Assembly (NCBI GenBank): GCA_031399805.1
Contig: JANNPG010000523.1
Span: forward strand, 1 to 43,489
Direction: 5' to 3'
Length of the DNA: 43,489 nt
DNA from: Betaproteobacteria bacterium
Lineage (GTDB): Bacteria > Pseudomonadota > Gammaproteobacteria > Burkholderiales > SG8-41
Both the position numbers and the translations under genes were made by a program. This document shows, in pieces, positions 9,054 through 17,328 of the stretch (within the stretch, counting starts at the first letter, position 1; every line of letters begins with the position of its first letter). The notes below the pieces were generated by a model. It made no database searches. It was not told where the DNA came from and was given only the letters and a program-made list of their open reading frames with translations.

Positions 9054-10430
9054 TTAGAACGGCAGCCGGGCATCCGGTTTGGCGGCGAGTAGCACGCGCC
9101 TGAAATCCTGCTGGATCCGTTTCAGCGCCGCGTCATTATCGGCTTCGAAGCGCAGAACGAGCACGGGTGTCGTGTTCGACGCGCGCGCAAGGCCGAAGCC
9201 GTCGGCGTACTCGACGCGCAACCCGTCGATGGTGATCACTTCGCGCGGATTATCGAAGCGCGCGGTTTTTTGAAGCTCCTCGATTAATGCGTAGTTCTCG
9301 CCTTCGTGCAACGCGATATGCAATTCCGGCGTGCTGACCGCATCGGGCAGCGCGGCAAGCATTGCGTTCAAGTCATCCGCGCGGCTCAGGATTTCCAGCA
9401 GCCGCGCGCCGGCATATATACCGTCATCGAAGCCGTACCAGCGTTCCTTGAAGAAGATGTGTCCGCTCATCTCGCCGGCGAGCGGCGCGTCCATTTCCTT
9501 CATCTTGCGCTTGATGAAGGAGTGACCGGTTTTCCATAGCACCGGCTGGCCGCCGTGACGCGTGATCCAGCCAAAGAGATTGCGCGTCGATTTGACGTCG
9601 AATATCACCGGCGCGCCCGGCACGCGCGACAGCACGTCGGCGGCGAACAGCATGAGCTGGCGGTCCGGAAAGATGATGCCGCCCGCTTTGGTGACGACGC
9701 CGAGGCGGTCGCCGTCGCCGTCGAATGCGAGGCCGATCTCCGCGTCGGAATCGCGCAGCGCTGCGATCAGGTCGCACAGATTGTCCGGCACCGATGGATC
9801 GGGATGGTGGTTCGGAAAGTTACCGTCGACTTCGCAGAATAGTTCGGTGACTTCGCAGCCGAGCCGGCGGTAAAGCGCCGGCGCGGTGGCGCCAGCCACA
9901 CCGTTGCCGCAATCGACGGCGATTTTCATCGGCCGCGCGAGCTTGATGTCGCCGCTGATTCGGTCGAGATACTGCGCCGCGATGCTTTCCTGGCGGTAGC
10001 TGCCGGCGCCGCGCGCGAACCTGCCGGCTTCGGCGCGTGCGCGAAGATCCTGGATCGCTTCGCCCGACAATGTTTCGCCGGCAAGCACGATCTTCAGCCC
10101 GTTGTAATCCGGCGGATTGTGCGATCCGGTAAGCATTACGCCGGACTGTGTATCGAAGTGGTGCGCGGCGAAGTACAGCATCGGTGTGGCGACCTGGCCG
10201 ACATCGATGACGCCGACGCCGGCGGCGCGCAAACCGCGGGTGAGCGCCGCCGACAGATCCGGTCCCGACAGGCGCCCATCGCGGCCGATTGCGATGTCGT
10301 GCCCGTTGCGCTCGAGCAACTCGCTGCCGATGGCGCGGCCTATCGTTTCAACGATCGACGGCGTCAGTGTTTTGCCGACGATGCCGCGGATGTCGTAGGC
10401 CTTGAAGATTTCGGGGGGCAGGGTGGTCAT
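9054..10430 (-). CDS. Phosphomannomutase / phosphoglucomutase (AlgC/ManB-type)
   Basis: 'FKAYDIRGIVGKTLT', the phosphoserine loop 'TGSHNPPDYNGLK', and 'GIAFDGDGDR'-like 'GLAFDGDGDRLG'. Confidence 0.93.
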   Translation of the reverse strand: MTTLPPEIFKAYDIRGIVGKTLTPSIVETIGRAIGSELLERNGHDIAIGRDGRLSGPDLSAALTRGLRAAGVGVIDVGQVATPMLYFAAHHFDTQSGVMLTGSHNPPDYNGLKIVLAGETLSGEAIQDLRARAEAGRFARGAGSYRQESIAAQYLDRISGDIKLARPMKIAVDCGNGVAGATAPALYRRLGCEVTELFCEVDGNFPNHHPDPSVPDNLCDLIAALRDSDAEIGLAFDGDGDRLGVVTKAGGIIFPDRQLMLFAADVLSRVPGAPVIFDVKSTRNLFGWITRHGGQPVLWKTGHSFIKRKMKEMDAPLAGEMSGHIFFKERWYGFDDGIYAGARLLEILSRADDLNAMLAALPDAVSTPELHIALHEGENYALIEELQKTARFDNPREVITIDGLRVEYADGFGLARASNTTPVLVLRFEADNDAALKRIQQDFRRVLLAAKPDARLPF

Positions 10431-10465
10431 GGGTCGTTGCGTGATTTCATCAGCGCGAAATTATC

Positions 10466-11476
10466 TCACGGCAAGGCGACGATTCCGCGGAAAAAATCCA
10501 ATACGCGCTGCGGCAGCCAGTCGAGCCGGCCCGGAAAAGCGCCGGACACAAAACCGGCATGACCGCCGGTGGCGGGAAAGTCGGTGCACACCGCGTCCGA
10601 TACTTCGTGCGCAAGCGGCAATGCGCGCGCGGGCAGGAACGGATCGTTGCGCGCATTGATCATGAGCGTGGGCGTGGCGATATGGCGCAGCCACGGCTTG
10701 GCGCTCGCGCGTGTCCAGTAATCGTCGGTGTCGCGAAAACCGTGCAGTGGAGCAGTTACTGCGTTGTCGAAATCACGCAGCGTGCGCGAGGCCAGCAGGC
10801 GCTCGCGGTTGCACAGGTCGGGATAAATCGCCAGCTTGGCGAGTGTCTTCTTGCGCATGGTGACGAGAAAATTGCGCGTGTAAATCATATTCAGGCCGCT
10901 GCCGAGGGCGTCGCCCGCCGCCATCAGGTCGATTGGTGCGGAGACGGCCGCCGCGCCTGCGACCACCTCGCACGCATCAGCGCGCTGCTCGCCGAGCCAC
11001 TTTAAGAGCGCATTGCCGCCTAGCGAGACACCGACCGCGCATAAACCCGAAGCCGGGTTCTGTTGCTTCAACCGGCGCAAAATCCAGTCGATTTCAGCGC
11101 TGTCGCCCGAATGATAGGCGCGCGGCAGACGATTGAGTTCGCCGCCGCATCCGCGGAAGTGCACGACGACGCCCGGCCAGCCGCGGTCGCATGCGGCCGC
11201 CATCAGCGCCGCGGCGTAGTGGCTGCGGGACCCGCCCTCGAGTCCGTGAAAGAGCGCGACCAGCGGACGTGTACCGGCTGAATCCTGGGCCCCTCGCTGC
11301 GCTCTCCCCACTCCTGAATCCCGGGTTTGCATCCAGTCGAGATCGATGAAGTCACCATCGGGCGTCTCCCAGCGCTCGCGGCGGAACGCCATGCGCGCGG
11401 GACTTGCGATCAAGGGCGCGTACAGCGTTTGCAGATGGCCGCCCGGCAGCCACACCGGCGCACGATAGGATGACAT
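10466..11476 (-). CDS. Alpha/beta-fold hydrolase, YheT-like
   Basis: 'LPGGHLQTLY', 'LFHGLEGGSRSHY', the nucleophile elbow 'GVSLGGN', and C-terminal 'GGHAGF'. Confidence 0.8.
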   Translation of the reverse strand: MSSYRAPVWLPGGHLQTLYAPLIASPARMAFRRERWETPDGDFIDLDWMQTRDSGVGRAQRGAQDSAGTRPLVALFHGLEGGSRSHYAAALMAAACDRGWPGVVVHFRGCGGELNRLPRAYHSGDSAEIDWILRRLKQQNPASGLCAVGVSLGGNALLKWLGEQRADACEVVAGAAAVSAPIDLMAAGDALGSGLNMIYTRNFLVTMRKKTLAKLAIYPDLCNRERLLASRTLRDFDNAVTAPLHGFRDTDDYWTRASAKPWLRHIATPTLMINARNDPFLPARALPLAHEVSDAVCTDFPATGGHAGFVSGAFPGRLDWLPQRVLDFFRGIVALP

Positions 11477-11570
11477 GTGGATGGTGTGCGCCCGCTGAAG
11501 AACGCGCTAATGCCGGTGCGCGCCGCGCCGGCCAACGCGATGCGGATTCAGCACGGGAAAATTGCGGAAA

Positions 11571-11599
11571 TAAAAAAGCGGACCCGGCAGGAGTCCGCT
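11571..11599 (-). terminator. Rho-independent terminator downstream of the aldolase-family gene
   Basis: On the - strand: AGCGGAC, a 9-nt loop, GUCCGCU, then UUUUUUA. It begins about 35 nt after the stop at 11633. Confidence 0.75.
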
Positions 11600-11632
11600 C
11601 CGTGTGCTAACTGAATGCAATGAACGAAAATA

Positions 11633-12412
11633 TCAGTCGCGGTATGACGGATCGATTTTGTCGAGCTTGCGCAGCAGCGAAGGCCATTCGATTAATCCCC
11701 AGCGCCGGCGCACGCCCGGCTTGAAGCCGTCCTGGGTTTCTTTCACAACTTCCGCGGGCGGCAGGCGAATTTCCGTATTGCATGACAGCGTAGTGACCTG
11801 CAGCTGGCACGCGCGTTCGAGCCGGAACATGTTGTTGAAACATTCGGGAATGGACGGCCCGACGGTCAGCAGCCCGTGGTTGCGCAGGATCATGGTTTCG
11901 CGGTCGCCAAGATCCTTGACCAGGCGCTCGCGCTCGTCGAGATTTAACGCGGGGCCTTCGTAGTCGTGATAGGCGACGTCGCCAAAGCGCATTGCCGTCT
12001 GCGCGAGCGGCAGCAGTCCCGTTTTCATTGCCGACACCGCCATGCCGGCGAGCGTGTGGGTGTGGATCACGCAATCGACGTCGTGGCGCGCCGCGTGGAC
12101 CGCGCTGTGGATCACGTAACCGGCTTTGTTGATGCCGAATTCCGTCGCGTTGAAGAGTATGTTGCCGTCGATGTCGATTTTGATCATGCTGGAGGCCGTC
12201 ATTTCCTCATACAGCATGCCGTAGGCATTGATCAGAAACTGGTCATGCGTGCCGGGCACGCGCGCCGAGATGTGGTTGGCGATCATTTCGGTCATGCCGT
12301 ACTCGTGCATGAGCCGGTAGCAGGCGGCGAGGTTGACGCGTGTTTCCCACTCCTCGGCGCTGACTTGCTCGCGCACCGACTGATTGGTTTTTTTGAGTTG
12401 CGTGACGGTCAT
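11633..12412 (-). CDS. Class II aldolase / adducin N-terminal domain family protein
   Basis: 259 aa. 'VNLAACYRL...GMTEMIANHISARVPG', 'HSAVHAARHDVDCVIHTHT' (metal-binding His cluster) and 'ILRNHGLLTVG'. Confidence 0.8.
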   Translation of the reverse strand: MTVTQLKKTNQSVREQVSAEEWETRVNLAACYRLMHEYGMTEMIANHISARVPGTHDQFLINAYGMLYEEMTASSMIKIDIDGNILFNATEFGINKAGYVIHSAVHAARHDVDCVIHTHTLAGMAVSAMKTGLLPLAQTAMRFGDVAYHDYEGPALNLDERERLVKDLGDRETMILRNHGLLTVGPSIPECFNNMFRLERACQLQVTTLSCNTEIRLPPAEVVKETQDGFKPGVRRRWGLIEWPSLLRKLDKIDPSYRD

Positions 12413-12568
12413 GATGGGGGTCTCCTCCGGAACAAGTAGCGCAAGATTAACAGGCTTGCCGTGGCTTGCCTAGACGGAAAACCGGAACGTGGTGACGGCT
12501 CGCCATCCTAAATCCCGCAAGGCGCGTAAGCAATGGCGCGGTCGCCCAGTGCCGGGTATACGGTGGCG

Positions 12569-14065
12569 TTACGGTTTCACGACCGCGCCGGCGCCGTTGC
12601 CGGCCAGCCTGCCGAAGACCGATCCGGATACGAGGCCGCTGCCGCCCGCGTAGTTATGGTAGAACAGCCCGCCGACGAGTTCACCGGCTGCGAACAGGCC
12701 GGGGATCGGCTTGCCGGCGGTGTCTTCGACCTGGCCGTTGGCGGGATCGATCTTGACGCCGCCGAAGGTGAAGGTGACGCCGCAAGTGATTGCGTAGGCT
12801 TCGAACGGCGGCGTGTCGAGCACATTCGCCCAGTTGGTCTTGGGCACCGTCAGACCGAGCGTGCCGCGGCCGTCCTTGATGGCGGGGTTGAACGGGACGT
12901 CGGTTTGCACCGCCTTGTTGTACGCCTTCAGCGTTTCCAGACAGCGCCTGGCGTCCACGCCCTCGAGCTTGGTAACGAGTTCCTCCAGCGTGTTGGCGCT
13001 TACCTTGGTCATCTGCTTGATGCGGTATTCGTCGCGCAGTATGTGCAGTACTTTCTTGTCGAAAATCTGCCACGCGAACATGTTGGGCTGCTCCATGATC
13101 ACCTTGCCGTACTTGGCGTAGGTGTAATTGCGAAAGTCGGCGCCCTCATCAACGAAGCGCTCGCCAGTGGCATTGATCATGATGCCCAGCGGGTAGCTGT
13201 GCTTCTGGAAGTTGTCGCCGACCGCGAGATCGCCGAACGGCGGCGCGTTCTGATCCCAGCCTACCGCGTGGCAGCCGGACCAGTGTCCGTGGGGTATTGC
13301 GCCCGCCGCGATGGCGGCGGTGATGCCCACACCGGTGTTGTAGCGCGTGCCGCGCACCTTGGCGAGATCCCAGTTGGGGCCGAGGTAACGCGCGCGCATC
13401 TCGGCATTCGATTCGAATCCGCCGCAGGCGAGAACCACCGCCTTGGCGCGGATGTCGACCGTGCGGCCCTGACTGCGGGCGCGCACGCCCTTGACGCCGC
13501 TGTCGTCGGTAATCAGGCCGATGGCCGGGGTCTGATAGTGAATCGGGATGCCTTCGCGCGCGCACGCCTTGTGCTCGAGTTCGATGAGGCCTGGCCCGCC
13601 GCCCCATGTCTCGACCGCAAGACCACCCCAGAACTTGAAGCGGCCGTCGACCTTGAACGCCTGGCGCCCGTAGGGCGGCTGAAACTTCACGCCCTTCTTG
13701 CGCATCCAGACCATGGTCTCGAAGCTTTTCTTGACCAGGATCTCGCACAGATCGGGGTCGGTGCGGAAATTGGTGATACGTCCCATGTCGTCGAAGTAAT
13801 CGTCCTCGGTGTAGGTGCCGAAGTCCGAGTTTTTCTTCTCGTCGTCGGTCAGGTCGTAGAGTTGAACGAGGTCGTCAACGCCGTTGAAAACGATGCGCAC
13901 GGCGCCTGCGGTGTAGCGGCTGTTGCCGCCGCAGTCATCAATCGGCGCGGCCTCGAGCATGATTACTTTCGCGCCGGATTCGCGCGCCGCCAGCGCCGCG
14001 CAACACGCGGCATTGCCGGCGCCGATCACGATAACGTCCGGATTTCCGAAATCAGTATTGCTCAT
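12569..14065 (-). CDS. FAD-binding flavoprotein of the fumarate-reductase / TcuA (CobZ)-like family
   Basis: Rossmann motif 'DVIVIGAGNAACCAALAARESGAKV', 'GGNSRYTAG', and C-terminal 'GLFAAGELVGG.FYHNYAGGSGL'. The + strand ORF 12533..14104 is its antisense shadow. Confidence 0.8.
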   Translation of the reverse strand: MSNTDFGNPDVIVIGAGNAACCAALAARESGAKVIMLEAAPIDDCGGNSRYTAGAVRIVFNGVDDLVQLYDLTDDEKKNSDFGTYTEDDYFDDMGRITNFRTDPDLCEILVKKSFETMVWMRKKGVKFQPPYGRQAFKVDGRFKFWGGLAVETWGGGPGLIELEHKACAREGIPIHYQTPAIGLITDDSGVKGVRARSQGRTVDIRAKAVVLACGGFESNAEMRARYLGPNWDLAKVRGTRYNTGVGITAAIAAGAIPHGHWSGCHAVGWDQNAPPFGDLAVGDNFQKHSYPLGIMINATGERFVDEGADFRNYTYAKYGKVIMEQPNMFAWQIFDKKVLHILRDEYRIKQMTKVSANTLEELVTKLEGVDARRCLETLKAYNKAVQTDVPFNPAIKDGRGTLGLTVPKTNWANVLDTPPFEAYAITCGVTFTFGGVKIDPANGQVEDTAGKPIPGLFAAGELVGGLFYHNYAGGSGLVSGSVFGRLAGNGAGAVVKP

Positions 14066-14144
14066 CGCTTTCCTCGGTGTGATGTTCTATCGAGCTTTAC
14101 GTAACTGCGTTACATCGCTCGACCCTCCCTTGCAGGGCGCGCAT

Positions 14145-14189
14145 CGGCTTGCAAGCCGGTGCCGCTCGAACGGCACGGGCCATGGCCCG
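14145..14189. repeat. Three abutting GC-rich palindromes or hairpins
   Basis: CGGCTTGCAAGCCG at 14145-14158. GTGCCG-ctcgaa-CGGCAC at 14159-14176. CGGGCCATGGCCCG at 14176-14189. Confidence 0.6.
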
Positions 14190-14406
14190 CGAATTCCCGT
14201 TCGCGCCCCCCAACCCCTCTCCCGGAGGGCGAGGGGAGCGTCGAGCAAAACCGAACCTGTCGCCCGGTTTCGTAATTTTCAATTGCAGGTCTTCAGCAAC
14301 GAATAACGCGTGAATTGTTTATCGCCGCAACGCGGCGGCGGTACTCGAATAGGGTAATTGATGCGGGTTTGCAGTGGAATCGCACAATTATACCGCCAGC
14401 CGGGCC

Positions 14407-14838
14407 CTAATGCAGCGTCTTGGGCGTGCGTTTGCGTTCCGCTTCGGCCACGGCCGGTGCCGGGGACGCATGATGCACCACCATGCGCCAACCGTTTTGG
14501 GTGCGCATGTAAATGTTGGTCGCGATTACCGGCTGGCGCGCGCGCGCTTCGCCCGCAACCGAAATCTGCTCGTATACACTGTGCACAACCAGTGTCATCC
14601 CATTGACCGCGTGTTGCTGACGCAGCCTGAAACGCAGCGTCTGGCCGCTGGCGAATATCTGGCGCCACGCGTCGCGCACCTGTTCGGCGCCGGCCAGTCG
14701 CGGTCCGCCCGGATGCACGCAAACGATGTCGTCGTCATCCGCCCACACGCCCATCATCGCGTCAAGGTCGCCTTTCTCGAACGCTTCGTAAAAAGCCGCC
14801 TCGGCGTCCTGCGGCGTAGGGTATAGCGCGCGTTTCAT
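14407..14838 (-). CDS. NTF2-fold (SnoaL/DUF4440-like) protein
   Basis: 143 aa. 'AFYEAFEKGDLDAMMGVWADDDDIVCVHPGGP...G.EQVRDAWRQIF' is typical of this fold. Its ATG overlaps the waaF stop (ATGA), so the two genes are translationally coupled. Confidence 0.7.
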   Translation of the reverse strand: MKRALYPTPQDAEAAFYEAFEKGDLDAMMGVWADDDDIVCVHPGGPRLAGAEQVRDAWRQIFASGQTLRFRLRQQHAVNGMTLVVHSVYEQISVAGEARARQPVIATNIYMRTQNGWRMVVHHASPAPAVAEAERKRTPKTLH

Positions 14839-15854
14839 GGCGGCCGCGTTTTAGCAAAATCGATGTGCTGCCAGACCTTATCGGGCGTAAGTTTGCGCAT
14901 GCAGTCGAAATGACCGAGTGGACATTCGCGCTTGAAGCACGGACTGCACGCGAGGTCGAGCCTGACGATTTTTGCCTGCGGACTTGAAGGCGGGGTGAAT
15001 GCCGGGCTGCTCGACCCGAACAGCGCGACGAGCGGTTTGTCGAGCGCCGCTGCAATATGCATCAGTCCCGAATCGTTGCTGACGACGAGTGCCGCGCACG
15101 ACAGAATATCGATGGCTTCCGCGAGCGTGGTTTTGCCGCAGAGATTGATGCCGGCGCCCGCGCTCGATTGCGCGATCTCCTCGCCAATCGCGGCATCCCG
15201 CGTTGATCCGGCAAGCCATACCGCGTATCCGGCGTTAGCGAGTTTGCACGCGAGTTGCGCGAAATACTCCGCCGGCCAGCGCTTGGCGGGACCATATTCG
15301 GCACCGGGACATAGCACGGCGACTGCGCGGTCCGAGTGCAGGCCGAGGCGCGCGAGCGTGGCCGCGCGTTGTGTGGCATCGACGACCAGCGTCGCCGCGG
15401 CCAGCGGGCGCTCAAGTGCATGTCCCGCGGGTTCGGCAAGGGCGGCGAAGCGCTCGACCATCAGCGGCAACGCCCGTTTATCGAGATTGCGCGCATCATT
15501 GAGCAGGCCCCAGCGCGCCTCGCCGACGAAGCCGGTGCGCAGCGGAATACCCGCGAGAAACGGCACCAGCGCGGATTTGAATGAGTTGGGCAGTAGGATC
15601 GCCTGGACGTAGTCGCGCGCCGCGAGCTCGCGCGCAAGCCGGTAGCGGCGTTTGAGCGCGAGTTCGCCGTGACCGAACGGGCTCGTCAGAGTCGCATTGA
15701 TTTCCGGCATGCGCGCGAACAGCGCGTGCGTCCACGCCGGCGCCAGGATGTCGAGCGTGAGATCCGGGTGACGTTCATGCAAGCGCCTGAACAGCGGTTG
15801 CGCGAGTACCGCATCGCCGACCCAGGCGGGGGCTATGACGAGTATCCCCGTCAT
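14835..15854 (-). CDS. waaF: ADP-heptose--LPS heptosyltransferase II (GT9)
   Basis: 'ILVIAPAWVGDAVLAQPLF', 'VLCPGAEYGPAKRWP' and 'VSNDSGLMHIAAAL'. Confidence 0.9.
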   Translation of the reverse strand: MTGILVIAPAWVGDAVLAQPLFRRLHERHPDLTLDILAPAWTHALFARMPEINATLTSPFGHGELALKRRYRLARELAARDYVQAILLPNSFKSALVPFLAGIPLRTGFVGEARWGLLNDARNLDKRALPLMVERFAALAEPAGHALERPLAAATLVVDATQRAATLARLGLHSDRAVAVLCPGAEYGPAKRWPAEYFAQLACKLANAGYAVWLAGSTRDAAIGEEIAQSSAGAGINLCGKTTLAEAIDILSCAALVVSNDSGLMHIAAALDKPLVALFGSSSPAFTPPSSPQAKIVRLDLACSPCFKRECPLGHFDCMRKLTPDKVWQHIDFAKTRPP

Positions 15855-15941
15855 AAGGATGAGGGCGGAAGGCGAAAGGCGGAAGGAGATAAACGGCGCG
15901 CGCTGCGCGCCCTTTCATCCTTCATCCTTCATCCTTCATCC
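15855..15941. repeat. Inverted arrays of tandem heptamers around a GC hairpin
   Basis: Five AAGGNNN units lie at 15855-15889 (aaggatg agggcgg aaggcga aaggcgg aaggaga). The hairpin GGCGCGC-gct-GCGCGCC is at 15895-15911. Four TTCATCC units lie at 15914-15941. The element directly abuts the waaF start codon. Confidence 0.8.
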
Positions 15942-15950
15942 TCAAGCCGG

Positions 15951-16148
15951 CTAATGGCCGGCGGTGGGGCCGCCACGGAGCGTATATTTCGTTCCGCAAT
16001 ACGGACACAGCGCGGAGCCGGTTTTCCCGATCGGCAGAAACACGCGCGGGTGCGCGTTCCACAACAGCATCGACGGCGTTGGGCAATGCAACGGCAGGTC
16101 TTGCGCCGTTACTTCGATTTGACGCTGCTTGTTTTCAGTCTGGGTCAC
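15951..16148 (-). CDS. Small zinc-finger (zf-CHCC-like) protein
   Basis: 65 aa with 'LHCP...CPYCGTKY', a Cys/His zinc-ribbon pattern. From memory, its position between ilvE and waaF is conserved in Betaproteobacteria. Confidence 0.7.
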   Translation of the reverse strand: MTQTENKQRQIEVTAQDLPLHCPTPSMLLWNAHPRVFLPIGKTGSALCPYCGTKYTLRGGPTAGH

Positions 16149-16154
16149 GGTGCT

Positions 16155-17081
16155 TCACGCGGCGACAGGCGCGAGCCAATCGCGGTATTTGTCATTCTTG
16201 CCGTTAACGACGTCGAAAAAGGCTTTCTGCAGCCTGGCCGTAACCGGCCCGGTTTTGCCGGTGCCGATGGTGCGGCTGTCGACTTCGCGGATGGGGGTTA
16301 CCTCGGCGGCGGTGCCGGTGAAGAAAGCTTCGTCGGCAATATACAGATCATCACGCGTGATGCGTCGGGCGGCGACCGTGTAGCCCATTTCTTCCGCGAG
16401 CGCGATGATCGACTGGCGGGTGATGCCGATCAACGCGCTGGTGAGTTCGGGCTCATAGATTTTGCCGCCTTTCACCATGAACAGGTTTTCGCCCGAGCCC
16501 TCGGCGACGAAACCGTCAACATCGAGCAGCAGCCCTTCATCGTAGCCGTGCTCGGTGGCTTCAAGGTTGGCGAGGATCGAATTCGCATAGGTGCCCGAAT
16601 ATTTCGCCCGGCACATCGACACGTTGACGTGATGCCGCGCGAAGGATGACGTCTTGACGCGGATACCTTTTTCAAGCGCTTCCGTGCCAAGGTAGGCGCC
16701 CCACGGCCATGCGGCGATCGCCACGTGCACCGTCGCGCCTTTCGGCGACACGCCCATTTTCTCGGAGCCGTAAAATGCGATAGGGCGGATGTAGCACGAT
16801 TCGAGTTTGTTCGCGCGCACCACCTCTTTGTGTGCCGCCATGATGGTCTCCCGGTCGTACGGAATTTTCATCATGTAGATGTGCGCGGAGTTAAAGAGGC
16901 GCTCGGTATGCTCATTAAGACGGAAAATCGCTGTGCCACGCGCCGTATCGTAGGCGCGCAAGCCTTCGAATACCGCGAGTCCGTAATGCAGTGAATGGGT
17001 CAGGACATGGGTATTCGCGTCGCGCCAGGGCACGAGTCTTCCGTCATACCAGATATGCCCGTCACGATCAGCCATCGACAT
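16155..17081 (-). CDS. ilvE: Branched-chain amino acid aminotransferase
   Basis: 'IWYDGRLVPWRDANTHVLTHSLHYGLAVFEGLRAY', 'EGSGENLFMVK' and 'GITRQSII'. A GGAG Shine-Dalgarno lies 10 nt upstream. Confidence 0.95.
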   Translation of the reverse strand: MSMADRDGHIWYDGRLVPWRDANTHVLTHSLHYGLAVFEGLRAYDTARGTAIFRLNEHTERLFNSAHIYMMKIPYDRETIMAAHKEVVRANKLESCYIRPIAFYGSEKMGVSPKGATVHVAIAAWPWGAYLGTEALEKGIRVKTSSFARHHVNVSMCRAKYSGTYANSILANLEATEHGYDEGLLLDVDGFVAEGSGENLFMVKGGKIYEPELTSALIGITRQSIIALAEEMGYTVAARRITRDDLYIADEAFFTGTAAEVTPIREVDSRTIGTGKTGPVTARLQKAFFDVVNGKNDKYRDWLAPVAA

Positions 17082-17213
17082 GGGTTAATTGCTCCGCCAA
17101 AAGAGCGGATTCTAGCGTATTTCTTCCTGCGCTGCCCCGTGCGGGAGGGGCGGATGCGCTTCGGTCCACGCGGAGCGGGGCGTATAAAACGCGGTTCGGC
17201 GCAGTGACTTTCC

Positions 17214-17242
17214 TTGACCGTAAATTTGATTGATGTGAATAT
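17214..17242 (+). promoter_or_regulatory. Candidate sigma70 promoter for the cyclase gene (TTGACC, 17 nt, tgtGAATAT)
   Basis: The -35 is a 5/6 match. The -10 is weak but carries an upstream TG. It lies 87 nt upstream of ATG 17329. Confidence 0.25.
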
Positions 17243-17328
17243 CACGGGTATTGTCCAAATCACCGTGTGACAAAAGTCGCATTCCTGTAACCTGCTGGAA
17301 TTGAACGATAAAGCGGAGTCAGTCGGTA

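Noticed and set aside
12533-14104. A 523-aa + strand ORF, the longest unannotated ORF in the track
   Set aside because: It is exactly antisense to the well-supported TcuA-like flavoprotein gene. It is Ala/Gly/Arg/Val-rich with no recognisable motifs, so it is a typical high-GC shadow ORF. The same applies to 3359..4765(-) over recA, 4852..5979(-) and 5989..6816(-) over alaS, 19654..21300(+) over glnE, 26837..28042(-) over tldD, 38056..39141(-) over SulP-1, 40447..41124(+) over nth and 32339..33211(-) over aroG.
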